Part shown: piece by piece, positions 1 to 7,554 of the stretch
Position numbering within the stretch: the first letter of the stretch is position 1
How the letters are laid out: each line of letters opens with the position of its first letter
DNA from: Desulfurella sp.
Lineage (GTDB): Bacteria; Campylobacterota_A; Desulfurellia; Desulfurellales; Desulfurellaceae
NCBI GenBank assembly: GCA_031960885.1
Contig: JAVRLY010000044.1
Location: 1-10,747 of the forward strand
DNA: 10,747 bases
Direction: 5' to 3'
The notes under the pieces: model-generated
Told to the model about the DNA's origin: nothing
Seen by the model: only the letters and a program-made list of their open reading frames with translations
Databases searched by the model: none
Program-made: the position numbers and the translations under genes

Positions 1-82
1 CTGATGTCCATACTTGGTTTGGTTGTTCAAGTTCGATATTTTTTAGCAGATATGGGTACACTTTGTTTTGGCTATTTGCTAC
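1..82 (-). mobile_element. IS3-family transposase OrfB fragment (start of integrase core), runs off the window edge
   Basis: Manual minus-strand translation gives VANSQNKVYPYLLKNIELEQPNQVWTS followed by a lone G at the edge. This resembles the IS3-family pattern (H/N)KxYPYLL...xPNQVWxxD that leads into the first Asp of the DDE triad. Not in the ORF track. Confidence 0.8.
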
Positions 83-196
83 TACTGAATTTTTATCTAA
101 TTCGTCTGACTTAAAAATATTATTGAGATGTTTGGTTATACCTGGCCTTTGAGTATCAAAAAGCGCAGCGATCTGATTTTGTCTTTTTTTGTTCAA
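83..196 (-). pseudogene. RhuM-like (RhuM/Fic-DOC family) N-terminal fragment, fused in frame to the IS3 fragment
   Basis: Translation LNKKRQNQIAALFDTQRPGITKHLNNIFKSDELDKNSV resembles the RhuM-family motif WLxQxQIAxLFxxxRxxITKHLxNIFxxxEL. The normal N-terminus is absent. An in-frame GTG at 223 with AGGA upstream (229-232) is cut by TAA at 209-211. Confidence 0.75.
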
Positions 197-352
197 ATAT
201 CGATTTGTTTAGCGTGTTTTCACTTAATTCCTACAAATACTACAAGTATTAACTTTAGTTAGTTATTGTAGCCCTATTCTTTGTAGTTAATGCTATGTTT
301 ATTGGTACTACGCTTAGTATTGCAAAGAGCTTATGTTGTGACAAAATCAGAT
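171..352. repeat. 13-bp perfect inverted repeat pair (171-183 / 340-352)
   Basis: atctgattttgtc at 171-183 and its reverse complement gacaaaatcagat at 340-352. Confidence 0.85.
231..286. repeat. Imperfect nested palindrome
   Basis: ctacaa(240-245)/ttgtag(266-271) and taact(250-254)/agtta(257-261) share one axis. An outer pair ctacaaa(231-237)/tttgtag(280-286) is slightly offset. Confidence 0.5.
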
Positions 353-388
353 GCACAATCAAAAAAATCGACATTTTAATTTTGTTCA

Positions 389-939
389 AGAGTTGCATAT
401 TAGATACATTAAAAAAACTAAAATTTACTAATTATGCAATAATGTTCATCAGGCTTGAATTACCAGCTTGATTTTCTTGATTGCTATAGCCACTTTCCAT
501 ATTTTGCATATATTGTGAAATCAAGTTCTGTATAGATGCCAATAATTGATTAGCAGAATCAGAACTTGTGCTTGATGAATTACTAGTAGACGTATTTTGC
601 GCTGTGGTGCTTGAAGAAGAATCTGAGTTGTTGAGTGCTTGCAAAAGCGCTTCTATGCCACCACCTCCGCCGCCGTGATGATGCCCATGATGGGCGTGCA
701 TCGATTGCTGAAGGCTTTGAATGTTTGAATAATCAGATTGAGCCTGTGTCAAGTTGCCAGACTGTAAATCTGCACCCAGCTGAGCAAAGTCAGTTTGCAT
801 TTGAGAAAAATTATTTTGCGTTTGCTGATTTTGATTTTGCTGGTTATAAAGAGCGTTTGTGTAAAAATTTGATCCAGAAATGCCTGAGATAGACATTATA
901 ACCTCCTTGCCATTTCAATGCCATCTAATATGCAACTCT
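389..939. repeat. 17-bp perfect inverted repeat pair (389-405 / 923-939) bracketing CDS 432-896
   Basis: agagttgcatattagat at 389-405 and atctaatatgcaactct at 923-939. Imperfect inward extension: acattaaaa versus ggcattgaaa. Confidence 0.95.
432..896 (-). CDS. Hypothetical low-complexity Q/N/S-rich protein with a His/Gly tract, 154 aa
   Basis: Strong SD AAGGAGGT (901-908) just upstream of the ATG. Contains an amphipathic segment DFAQLGADLQSGNLTQAQSDY and HAHHGHHHGGGGGG. No Sec signal peptide. Confidence 0.85.
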   Translation of the reverse strand: MSISGISGSNFYTNALYNQQNQNQQTQNNFSQMQTDFAQLGADLQSGNLTQAQSDYSNIQSLQQSMHAHHGHHHGGGGGGIEALLQALNNSDSSSSTTAQNTSTSNSSSTSSDSANQLLASIQNLISQYMQNMESGYSNQENQAGNSSLMNIIA

Positions 940-948
940 CACTAAAGT

Positions 949-957
949 AATATAGCA
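949..957 (-). promoter_or_regulatory. Putative extended -10 promoter (TGCTATATT) for CDS 432-896
   Basis: One mismatch to TGnTATAAT. Would place +1 near 942, just upstream of the right 17-bp arm. Confidence 0.45.
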
Positions 958-1035
958 AAAATTGTTCTTTGCAATTTTAGTTTTATTTATATATTATTTA
1001 CAATTTATTTATATTCTATTAACAATAGCTGTATA

Positions 1036-1044
1036 TGTTATATT
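1036..1044 (+). promoter_or_regulatory. Putative extended -10 promoter (TGTTATATT) for CDS 1070-1639
   Basis: One mismatch to TGnTATAAT, upstream of SD AGGAGGT (1059-1065). Same TGnTATATT form as the divergent promoter. Confidence 0.45.
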
Positions 1045-1069
1045 CTAGAAGTTTTATTAGGAGGTTTTT

Positions 1070-1639
1070 ATGTTTTATTTTTCAAATTTACATGTCAATT
1101 TAAAAAAACTAATGCGCATAAGTATCGCATTGGCTCAAATGTTAATTTTTACAGGTATGCTTTTGCCTGTAAAGTCTTTTGCAGGTTTAGAAATCAATGT
1201 AATCACAACGCCTTACTATCCCCCTCCTACTTTTGTGTTTGTGCCACAAATGCAAGCATATGTCGCTGAAAACTCTCCATTTCCTGTCTTTTATGCCACA
1301 GGCGGCTATTACCTTTTTAGAGACAATGTTTGGTATATTGGCCCATCATACAACGGCCCCTGGCAATACGCTAGAGTAATACCAATGCAATTGAGAAGAT
1401 TCCATGCAAAGCAATGGCACTATTGGCAAGAAAAGGCGCATGAATATCATAGAAGGCCCAATTGGAACTATTTTAGGCCAAACATTGTTGAACACAGAAA
1501 ACCCATAGAACACAATCAATACCCCAATAACCATCAGAACTATCAAAATAATCAATACAATAATGGCTATCAGCACTATCAAAATAATCAATACAATAAT
1601 GGCTATAACAACAATGATCACTACCACCAATATAGATAA
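1070..1639 (+). CDS. Hypothetical exported protein with Pro/aromatic core and Q/N/Y-rich tail, 189 aa
   Basis: SD AGGAGGT. Signal-peptide-like N-terminus ending in KSFA. Core YYLFRDNVWYIGPSYNGPW. Low-complexity repeat tail. Confidence 0.85.
   Translation: MFYFSNLHVNLKKLMRISIALAQMLIFTGMLLPVKSFAGLEINVITTPYYPPPTFVFVPQMQAYVAENSPFPVFYATGGYYLFRDNVWYIGPSYNGPWQYARVIPMQLRRFHAKQWHYWQEKAHEYHRRPNWNYFRPNIVEHRKPIEHNQYPNNHQNYQNNQYNNGYQHYQNNQYNNGYNNNDHYHQYR
1533..1606 (+). repeat. 36-bp tandem duplication (2 copies, 1 mismatch) encoding Q(N/H)YQNNQYNNGY
   Basis: atcagaactatcaaaataatcaatacaataatggct (1533-1568) and atcagcactatcaaaataatcaatacaataatggct (1569-1604). Confidence 0.95.
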
Positions 1640-1656
1640 AAAACATATAGGCGGTA

Positions 1657-2997
1657 ATGTCTATGTTCGTTGAGAAATCTTTAATTTATCCTACTATTTA
1701 CTTATTAGAAGCTACAACAACTATAGTAGTGACAAAAAATCTCAACGAACATATATTGGATAATCTTTTAAATTCTTACAAAAAATACTTTGCAGTCTTA
1801 GCTGTTTTTTTAACAGCAAGCCCAATGTATTGGATAGCTTATATATTTCCAAGGGATAATAATTTATGGGTATTTGGAGGCTATGATAATGCTTTTGAGG
1901 GTAACGCTAAATATTTGTTTATTTATGTGAATACGCAGATGAAAAGCATAAAAGCCGTATGGATAGCAAAAGATAAAAGTATTGTAAGCACAATTAAGCA
2001 TCTTGGATTTAAATCATATCAAAAAAATAGCGTTTTTTCATTCTTTTATACTCTAAGAGCTGGCGTTTATTTATACAATGATACATATCAAAATATCAAT
2101 ATCTGGAATTCAAGTGGCGCAGTGAGATTTAATCTGTGGCATGGCATACCGCTAAAAAAAATTGGCTATGATATAGAAAACAAAGACGTAATATACCACG
2201 ATGGTTGCGTGAAAAAGAGAGTATTTAATATTAATCTTTACAAAAGAAGCGATTATGTATTATCTACATCGCCATTTGTGTCTGATATTTTCTCAAGCGC
2301 TTTTTTGTTGTCTAAAGAAAACGTTTTAAACTTTGGTTATCCTCGAAATGTTCTTTTTTCGAAGCCCAAACATGAAATTTTATCGTTTATAGAAACCTAT
2401 GAGCCTCAAAAAACAAAAGAGTTAGTAAAAAAACTCAATAATTATGATAAAGTTTTAATTTATATGCCCACATGGAGAGATAATGGTTTAGATTTTATTA
2501 AAGCCTCCGGCATAGATTTTGAATCGCTTGATGCTGTTTTGGTTAAAAACAATTTTCTTCTTTTGTTAAAATTGCACCATCATACTAAAATTCAATTTGA
2601 ATCTTTTAATCTAAACAATATCGCATTATTGGACAATAGCTTAGACGTTTATCCTATATTGCCTTTTACTGACATATTGATAACGGATTACTCTTCTGTA
2701 TATTTCGATTATTTATTGCTTAACAAAGAAATACTGTTTTTTTGTTTTGATTTAGATGATTATCTTTGTAATAATAGAAAAATGTATTTTGATTATAACA
2801 CATTTACGCCGGGTAAAAAAATATACAATTTTATTGAATTGCTGAAATTTTTGCAGAACAAAGAAAATATTGAAAATCTTAATTATTCTTTACAAAGAGA
2901 TGAGATATTAAAAAAAATCTGGTCAAATAATAATAACGAAAAATCGTTGCAAGAGATTACTCGTTTTGTAAAGATTATATCAAAGCTCAAGGATTAA
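1657..2997 (+). CDS. CDP-glycerol glycerophosphotransferase family protein (TagB/TagF/TagF-like)
   Basis: Motifs LWHGIPLKKIG, GYPRN, IYMPTWR, KLHH and DILITDYSSVYFDY. Start uncertain: ATG 1663 fits the AGGCGG SD (1649-1654) better than 1657. Confidence 0.92.
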   Translation: MSMFVEKSLIYPTIYLLEATTTIVVTKNLNEHILDNLLNSYKKYFAVLAVFLTASPMYWIAYIFPRDNNLWVFGGYDNAFEGNAKYLFIYVNTQMKSIKAVWIAKDKSIVSTIKHLGFKSYQKNSVFSFFYTLRAGVYLYNDTYQNINIWNSSGAVRFNLWHGIPLKKIGYDIENKDVIYHDGCVKKRVFNINLYKRSDYVLSTSPFVSDIFSSAFLLSKENVLNFGYPRNVLFSKPKHEILSFIETYEPQKTKELVKKLNNYDKVLIYMPTWRDNGLDFIKASGIDFESLDAVLVKNNFLLLLKLHHHTKIQFESFNLNNIALLDNSLDVYPILPFTDILITDYSSVYFDYLLLNKEILFFCFDLDDYLCNNRKMYFDYNTFTPGKKIYNFIELLKFLQNKENIENLNYSLQRDEILKKIWSNNNNEKSLQEITRFVKIISKLKD

Positions 2998-3006
2998 ATT
3001 GCTAAA

Positions 3007-3034
3007 ATTATTTCTTTTTATAGGGAAAAATAAT
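3007..3034. terminator. Weak AT-rich hairpin between convergent genes, possible terminator
   Basis: attattt...aaataat arms with a weak inner stem in the 40-bp convergent gap. Confidence 0.25.
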
Positions 3035-3037
3035 CTA

Positions 3038-3703
3038 TCAATCTTTAGCCACTATAAAATAATTTTTAATTATTGGGCTAATATTGTTTACAGCATAGAC
3101 CTTGGCTTGCTCTTGGGAATCAAAAACACCAATTCTCACTCTAAAATATGTCACTTTACCCGTATAAAAACTACTTATATATACATCCGGAAACTTTTGA
3201 GAAAGATAATTTCTGTAATCAAATGCATTTTTAAAGTCAGTAAAGGCACCTACTTGTATAGTGAATCTTTCATTTGCCGCAAGTAAATAGTAATTCGGTG
3301 ACACGACAGTAATTTTTACAGGAGCAATTCCAGAATTTATCATACCAATTTGTTTAGCAGCTTCATATGACAAATCTATAATGCGACCTGAAACAAATGG
3401 ACCTCTATCATTAATTTTTACAATAGTTGATAGGTTATTATTTAAATTCGTAACTTTTGCATAAATGTTTAATGGCAATGTTCTACTTGCTGCTGTAAGT
3501 TTGTACATATCAAAAATTTCGCCACTTGCTGTTAGTTGACCTTGAAAATTGGGCCCATACCAAGAAGCTAAGCCTTCTTCTGTGTAGCCAACATTTACTG
3601 ATTTTAGCGGTTGGGGTGTTCTTGAGCTAATAAATGGTACATATGAACAACTTTGCATATAAAAACTAACCAACACAAGAATAAATAATAATATCTTTTT
3701 CAT
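3038..3703 (-). CDS. rlpA: Septal ring lytic transglycosylase RlpA (lipoprotein, DPBB + SPOR)
   Basis: Lipoprotein-type signal ending MQSC. Motifs GLASWYG, TASGEIFD and INDRGPF...IIDLS. C-terminal SPOR domain (IQVGAF...FRVRIG). Confidence 0.95.
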   Translation of the reverse strand: MKKILLFILVLVSFYMQSCSYVPFISSRTPQPLKSVNVGYTEEGLASWYGPNFQGQLTASGEIFDMYKLTAASRTLPLNIYAKVTNLNNNLSTIVKINDRGPFVSGRIIDLSYEAAKQIGMINSGIAPVKITVVSPNYYLLAANERFTIQVGAFTDFKNAFDYRNYLSQKFPDVYISSFYTGKVTYFRVRIGVFDSQEQAKVYAVNNISPIIKNYFIVAKD

Positions 3704-4332
3704 ATACTACTTTTAATTAAGGTTTCGATTTCTTCAAAACTTTTATGTGGGCTAATCTCATTAAAAACTTTAATATTAACAACTTGTTGTTCTCTTATCG
3801 TAATGCTTTTAGGTGGCATAACATTTTCACTACCTTCAATTCTAACTGGTATTATAGGCAGTTTAAGTTTTTTTGCAAAATATATACCACCGCTTTTAAA
3901 ATCGAGTGTATGTTTTCTTGTTCCATAAGGAAATATTGCAAAAACCACATTGTCTTTTTTTTCTCTTAATAGTTTTCTAATAATCAAAGCGCTTTTTATA
4001 ACAGAATTTCTATCAATACTTAAAGCATTTGTTTTTTTTAACATATACCCAAAAATAGGGATTTTAAACAGTTCTTTCTTTGCAAACCAAATAATTTTGC
4101 TGTTTTGAAAGCAATACTCAATGCAAAAAATATCAAAATAACTCTTATGTGTAGACATGATAACACAATTTTTCAATTCTTTGTCAACATCTTTATTTAC
4201 TATAACTCTAGCCTTGCAAATATCAATAACTTTTTTTGAAAGTCGTTTTAATGCAATTTTAGTGTCTTTTTCAGTTAGATAATAAAAAAGCATATAAAAT
4301 ATAATTTTAAACCATTTTATTAGACTAAACAT
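3700..4332 (-). CDS. plsC: Lysophospholipid acyltransferase (PlsC family)
   Basis: HxxxxD motif (THKSYFD), FAKKELF, IDR, FP(Y)GTR, FKSG and PIIPV. Confidence 0.85.
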   Translation of the reverse strand: MFSLIKWFKIIFYMLFYYLTEKDTKIALKRLSKKVIDICKARVIVNKDVDKELKNCVIMSTHKSYFDIFCIEYCFQNSKIIWFAKKELFKIPIFGYMLKKTNALSIDRNSVIKSALIIRKLLREKKDNVVFAIFPYGTRKHTLDFKSGGIYFAKKLKLPIIPVRIEGSENVMPPKSITIREQQVVNIKVFNEISPHKSFEEIETLIKSSI

Positions 4333-5425
4333 TTATTTTTACAATAAAAACAGTCTTTTTCGCATTTAATACAGTTATTTTTCCATTTAAAGCTTCAATA
4401 GCTTGTTTAACAATAAAAAGTCCAAGCCCTACACCAGATTGTTTTTCAGAAAAAAAAGGTTCGAAAATTAATTCAGTATTACTTAAAGCACACCCATCGT
4501 CTTTTACAATAATTATCAATGTATTTTTAAATTTAGAAATTATCAAATCAACAGTGCTATTGGCTGCTTCTATAGCATTAGTTATTAAATTCGTAACAAT
4601 GCTTCTAAGTAAGTTTCTATCTGATATTACAGTTAATGTATTAATATTTTTTCTAAGAAAAACATTGTAAGAAATCAATTTGTTTGCAATTTCTTTATCT
4701 ATTTGACTTATAAGCTCATCCAGTTTAATTGACTCTTTTTTGGCAATAACCTTTCTACCAATAAGTAGTGTATTTGTTACAATCTCGTCTATGCGTTGAA
4801 TATTTGTATTGATATTTTTAATAATCTCTTGCTTATCTGGTGTATTTTCATCTTCCAATAGAGAAACAAATAATTGAATGCTTGCTAGCGGGTTTCTAAT
4901 ATCATGAGCAATACTTGCAGCCATCTGACCCAATGTAGCAAGTTTTTCTCTTTGTTTATTCTCAAGCTTAAGAGCTTCTAGTTTTGTTATATCTTCAAAC
5001 ACCAATACTGCTCCAATTATATTAGTTTTATCAAAAACGCACGAAGCATTAATTTTCAACTTTATTCGTTTGCTCGTGGTCAAGTTCTCATGTACATCAT
5101 GTTGATTGCAATAATTTAGTACTTCATCTATAGTTTTAGCATCAATATTAAATAAATCTTGCAGTTTTTTACCTTCATAATTATCAACATTTAAAATCTT
5201 TTTTGCGGCTGGATTTAGTAAAGTCACATTCATATTGGTATCTATCGTGCATACGCCATTTGTTATGCTATTCAAAATGTTTTCCAAATATTTTCTATTG
5301 TTCTCAAGCTTATCTTCTAAATATTGTATTTTTTGTTTTAGTAATTCATGCGATTTTTCCAAATTTTGAGTTGTTTCTATTAATTTTTCAAATATATATT
5401 CTAAGTTTTCTAAGTTTTTATTCAT
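4325..5425 (-). CDS. Cytoplasmic PAS-domain sensor histidine kinase (FleS/FlgS-like architecture)
   Basis: N-terminal coiled coil, then PAS domain, H-box LGQMAASIAHDIRNPL, N-box NLITNAIEA, F-box IFEPFFS and G2 GVGLGL. No transmembrane segments. Confidence 0.9.
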   Translation of the reverse strand: MNKNLENLEYIFEKLIETTQNLEKSHELLKQKIQYLEDKLENNRKYLENILNSITNGVCTIDTNMNVTLLNPAAKKILNVDNYEGKKLQDLFNIDAKTIDEVLNYCNQHDVHENLTTSKRIKLKINASCVFDKTNIIGAVLVFEDITKLEALKLENKQREKLATLGQMAASIAHDIRNPLASIQLFVSLLEDENTPDKQEIIKNINTNIQRIDEIVTNTLLIGRKVIAKKESIKLDELISQIDKEIANKLISYNVFLRKNINTLTVISDRNLLRSIVTNLITNAIEAANSTVDLIISKFKNTLIIIVKDDGCALSNTELIFEPFFSEKQSGVGLGLFIVKQAIEALNGKITVLNAKKTVFIVKINV

Positions 5426-7554
5426 TGCAATAAAATCTTTAGTTTTTTTGCTAAACTTGAATCAGGGTAATTGAGCTCTAAAATGGATAATGTTTTTTTA
5501 GCTTGCGAATTCTGACCCATGTTAATGTAACACATTGTTTCATAAAAAAGTGCTTGTTCGTTATATTTTCTATAGTTTTCTACTTGCTTGAAATTTTTTA
5601 GGGCATTTTCATAATCTTTTTTATTAAAATAATATAAGCCATTCAAAAACTGGCTTTCAATAAAAAACGGCCCTTTAAAATTTTTGTTATCTATTGGTTT
5701 TGCTTGCGTATTTTGTTCAATGTTGATTTTTGCAATTTGCAATTGTGCATATTCTCTTAAGAGCTCTGAGTTTGATTTTAAGCATTGTTCAAAAAAAGAT
5801 TTTGATTTATTTAAATCGCCATTTATATACGATAGTCTTGCAAAAATCATGTTTAAATAATCTTTATCTTTAATGGAATTTAAGCTTGACATAGCTTCTT
5901 TGAGATTGCCTTTTTGTATATCAGCATTAGCCTTTATAATTTTATAACATTCAGAAGTGTTTTCACAAGACTCAAAAGCATATTTGTACTGTTCAAGAAA
6001 CATAAAACCCTTCGCTAAATCGCATGAATTTAAATTTAATTTTAGACTTTTGGCCAACTTTAGTGCATTAAGCATAGATTTTTCATTAAGGTCATTTGCG
6101 CTTTCGCTAGAATATTTATTTAAACTATCTGTAGCTAATTTTTTAAAGTCATCCAAAATCGTTGAAGGATAATTTAAAGCATTGGCGTATAGATTGACAA
6201 CATTTAAATAATCTTTTTTATTGTAATAAATGTTTGCCAATTTCCACAATGCCAATGGCTCAATTATATCATTGTTTTTGTATTGTTTTAAAAGAGACTG
6301 AAGTTCTTGTTCGGTTAAGTTTTTGGTAAGCAAATCCACTTTTGTTTTTTCTTCTAAAACCGCCTTATTGGCAGGAAAACTTTTAACAGCTTCATTTATG
6401 GTATCTTGAGCTAATTTAGGTTTATTTTCTAACAAACTACACTCGGCTTTTGCAATGTAGAAATCAAAAAAGCTTTTTTTATCAATATAAGAGAGAAATT
6501 CATTGGCGCTTTTAAAATCTTTCATGTGACAAAATACTAAACTAGCAGCTGCAATATATTTTTCATTATCGTCAATATTTACTTCTTTTAAGTTTACCAA
6601 ATAAAACAAATACGCTGCTTGTGGATAGTTTTGCTGTAAATAATATATATAGCCAGCTTTCAACATCCCAATTTCATATAATGGGTTATCTTTAGTTATT
6701 GATGTATAATAAAGTACAGCTTGATTGAACTTTTTCGCATCAAAATAGATATTGCCCAATTCAAATTTTGCTTTATCAGCATATTCGCTATATGGATATT
6801 CATCAACAATCTTTTTCAGTGTTTCCACATATCGGCTATCACCTTGCTTTTTATAGATTTGCGCTATTTGGTACATAATTTTACTTGGAGCATCTAGTTC
6901 TAATGAGTACTTTAAGATTTCACGATAAGTATCTACGGCTTTTTCATAATCGCCTAATTTTTCATAACTGGATGCTAGTATGTAAAGTGCATTTAGGAAA
7001 AAACTATTATTTGGATCATCTGACAATTTACTCAATTGTGATATGGCTAATTTATAATTTTTTTGTGTGTATGCATCTAAGCCAGAAAAAAAAGCGTTTT
7101 GTGCAGTTGGTTTCATTTGAATAAGGTTTATACTAAACTCTGGCTTAACAAATAAATTGCTACTAACATAATTTTCTTTTTTTTGACTATTTTCTTTATT
7201 TTCCAATACCTTTTGTGGTTGAATAATTAAAACATTTGGTCTTTCTTCAACACTCATTCTATATCCATTTTTTACATTCAACACTATATCTACATTATTT
7301 AAAGAATTGAATAGGCTAATAAAATTAAAATACTGGCTATTTAACGCTCTATAAAACTCTTTTGTAGCTTTTTTATCTAAAATTTGAATCTTTAAGAAGT
7401 TATTTTGATTATACACCTTATAGGTTGCATTTATATTAGAAATTACAAAAAAATCAACCCCGTCTTTCTTTTTCAAATCAATATTTAACGCGTAAGAGCT
7501 ACTATAAACAAGTACTAAAATTACTACTAATAGTGCAGTGGAAATTCTTCGCAG
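5422..7554 (-). CDS. Exported tetratricopeptide-repeat protein (ORF track start 7476; probable true start CTG 7554)
   Basis: Multiple TPR-like helix pairs ([40 protein letters not shown]). A 26-codon in-frame upstream extension encodes the signal-peptide-like [21 protein letters not shown]. Confidence 0.85.
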   Translation of the reverse strand: MRRISTALLVVILVLVYSSSYALNIDLKKKDGVDFFVISNINATYKVYNQNNFLKIQILDKKATKEFYRALNSQYFNFISLFNSLNNVDIVLNVKNGYRMSVEERPNVLIIQPQKVLENKENSQKKENYVSSNLFVKPEFSINLIQMKPTAQNAFFSGLDAYTQKNYKLAISQLSKLSDDPNNSFFLNALYILASSYEKLGDYEKAVDTYREILKYSLELDAPSKIMYQIAQIYKKQGDSRYVETLKKIVDEYPYSEYADKAKFELGNIYFDAKKFNQAVLYYTSITKDNPLYEIGMLKAGYIYYLQQNYPQAAYLFYLVNLKEVNIDDNEKYIAAASLVFCHMKDFKSANEFLSYIDKKSFFDFYIAKAECSLLENKPKLAQDTINEAVKSFPANKAVLEEKTKVDLLTKNLTEQELQSLLKQYKNNDIIEPLALWKLANIYYNKKDYLNVVNLYANALNYPSTILDDFKKLATDSLNKYSSESANDLNEKSMLNALKLAKSLKLNLNSCDLAKGFMFLEQYKYAFESCENTSECYKIIKANADIQKGNLKEAMSSLNSIKDKDYLNMIFARLSYINGDLNKSKSFFEQCLKSNSELLREYAQLQIAKINIEQNTQAKPIDNKNFKGPFFIESQFLNGLYYFNKKDYENALKNFKQVENYRKYNEQALFYETMCYINMGQNSQAKKTLSILELNYPDSSLAKKLKILLQ

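Noticed and set aside
316..341. dif-like site suggested by TTATGTT at 331-337
   Set aside because: No XerC-type half-site or correct spacing.
635..892. 85-aa plus-strand ORF
   Set aside because: Antisense to CDS 432-896, which has a strong SD. No recognisable motif.
389..939. Retron or IS interpretation of the 17-bp inverted repeat
   Set aside because: No reverse transcriptase in the window, no transposase between the arms and no evident target-site duplication.
955..968. Sigma54-like -24/-12 element (minus strand AGAACAATTTTTGC) upstream of CDS 432-896
   Set aside because: Lacks the near-invariant GG (has AG). The overlapping extended -10 explains the sequence equally well. Not fully excluded.
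319..984. Additional short inverted matches: attgcaaaga (319-328/966-975) and aaaactaaaatt (414-425/973-984)
   Set aside because: Short, AT-rich and not in register with the 17-bp arms, so plausibly chance.
1533..1606. 36-bp repeats as a possible CRISPR array
   Set aside because: Directly tandem with no spacers, in frame within a CDS, and no cas genes nearby.
1346..1630. 94-aa very hydrophobic minus-strand ORF resembling a membrane peptide or toxin
   Set aside because: The Ile/Val/Leu run is simply the antisense reading of the AAT/CAA/TAC repeat tail of 1070-1639.
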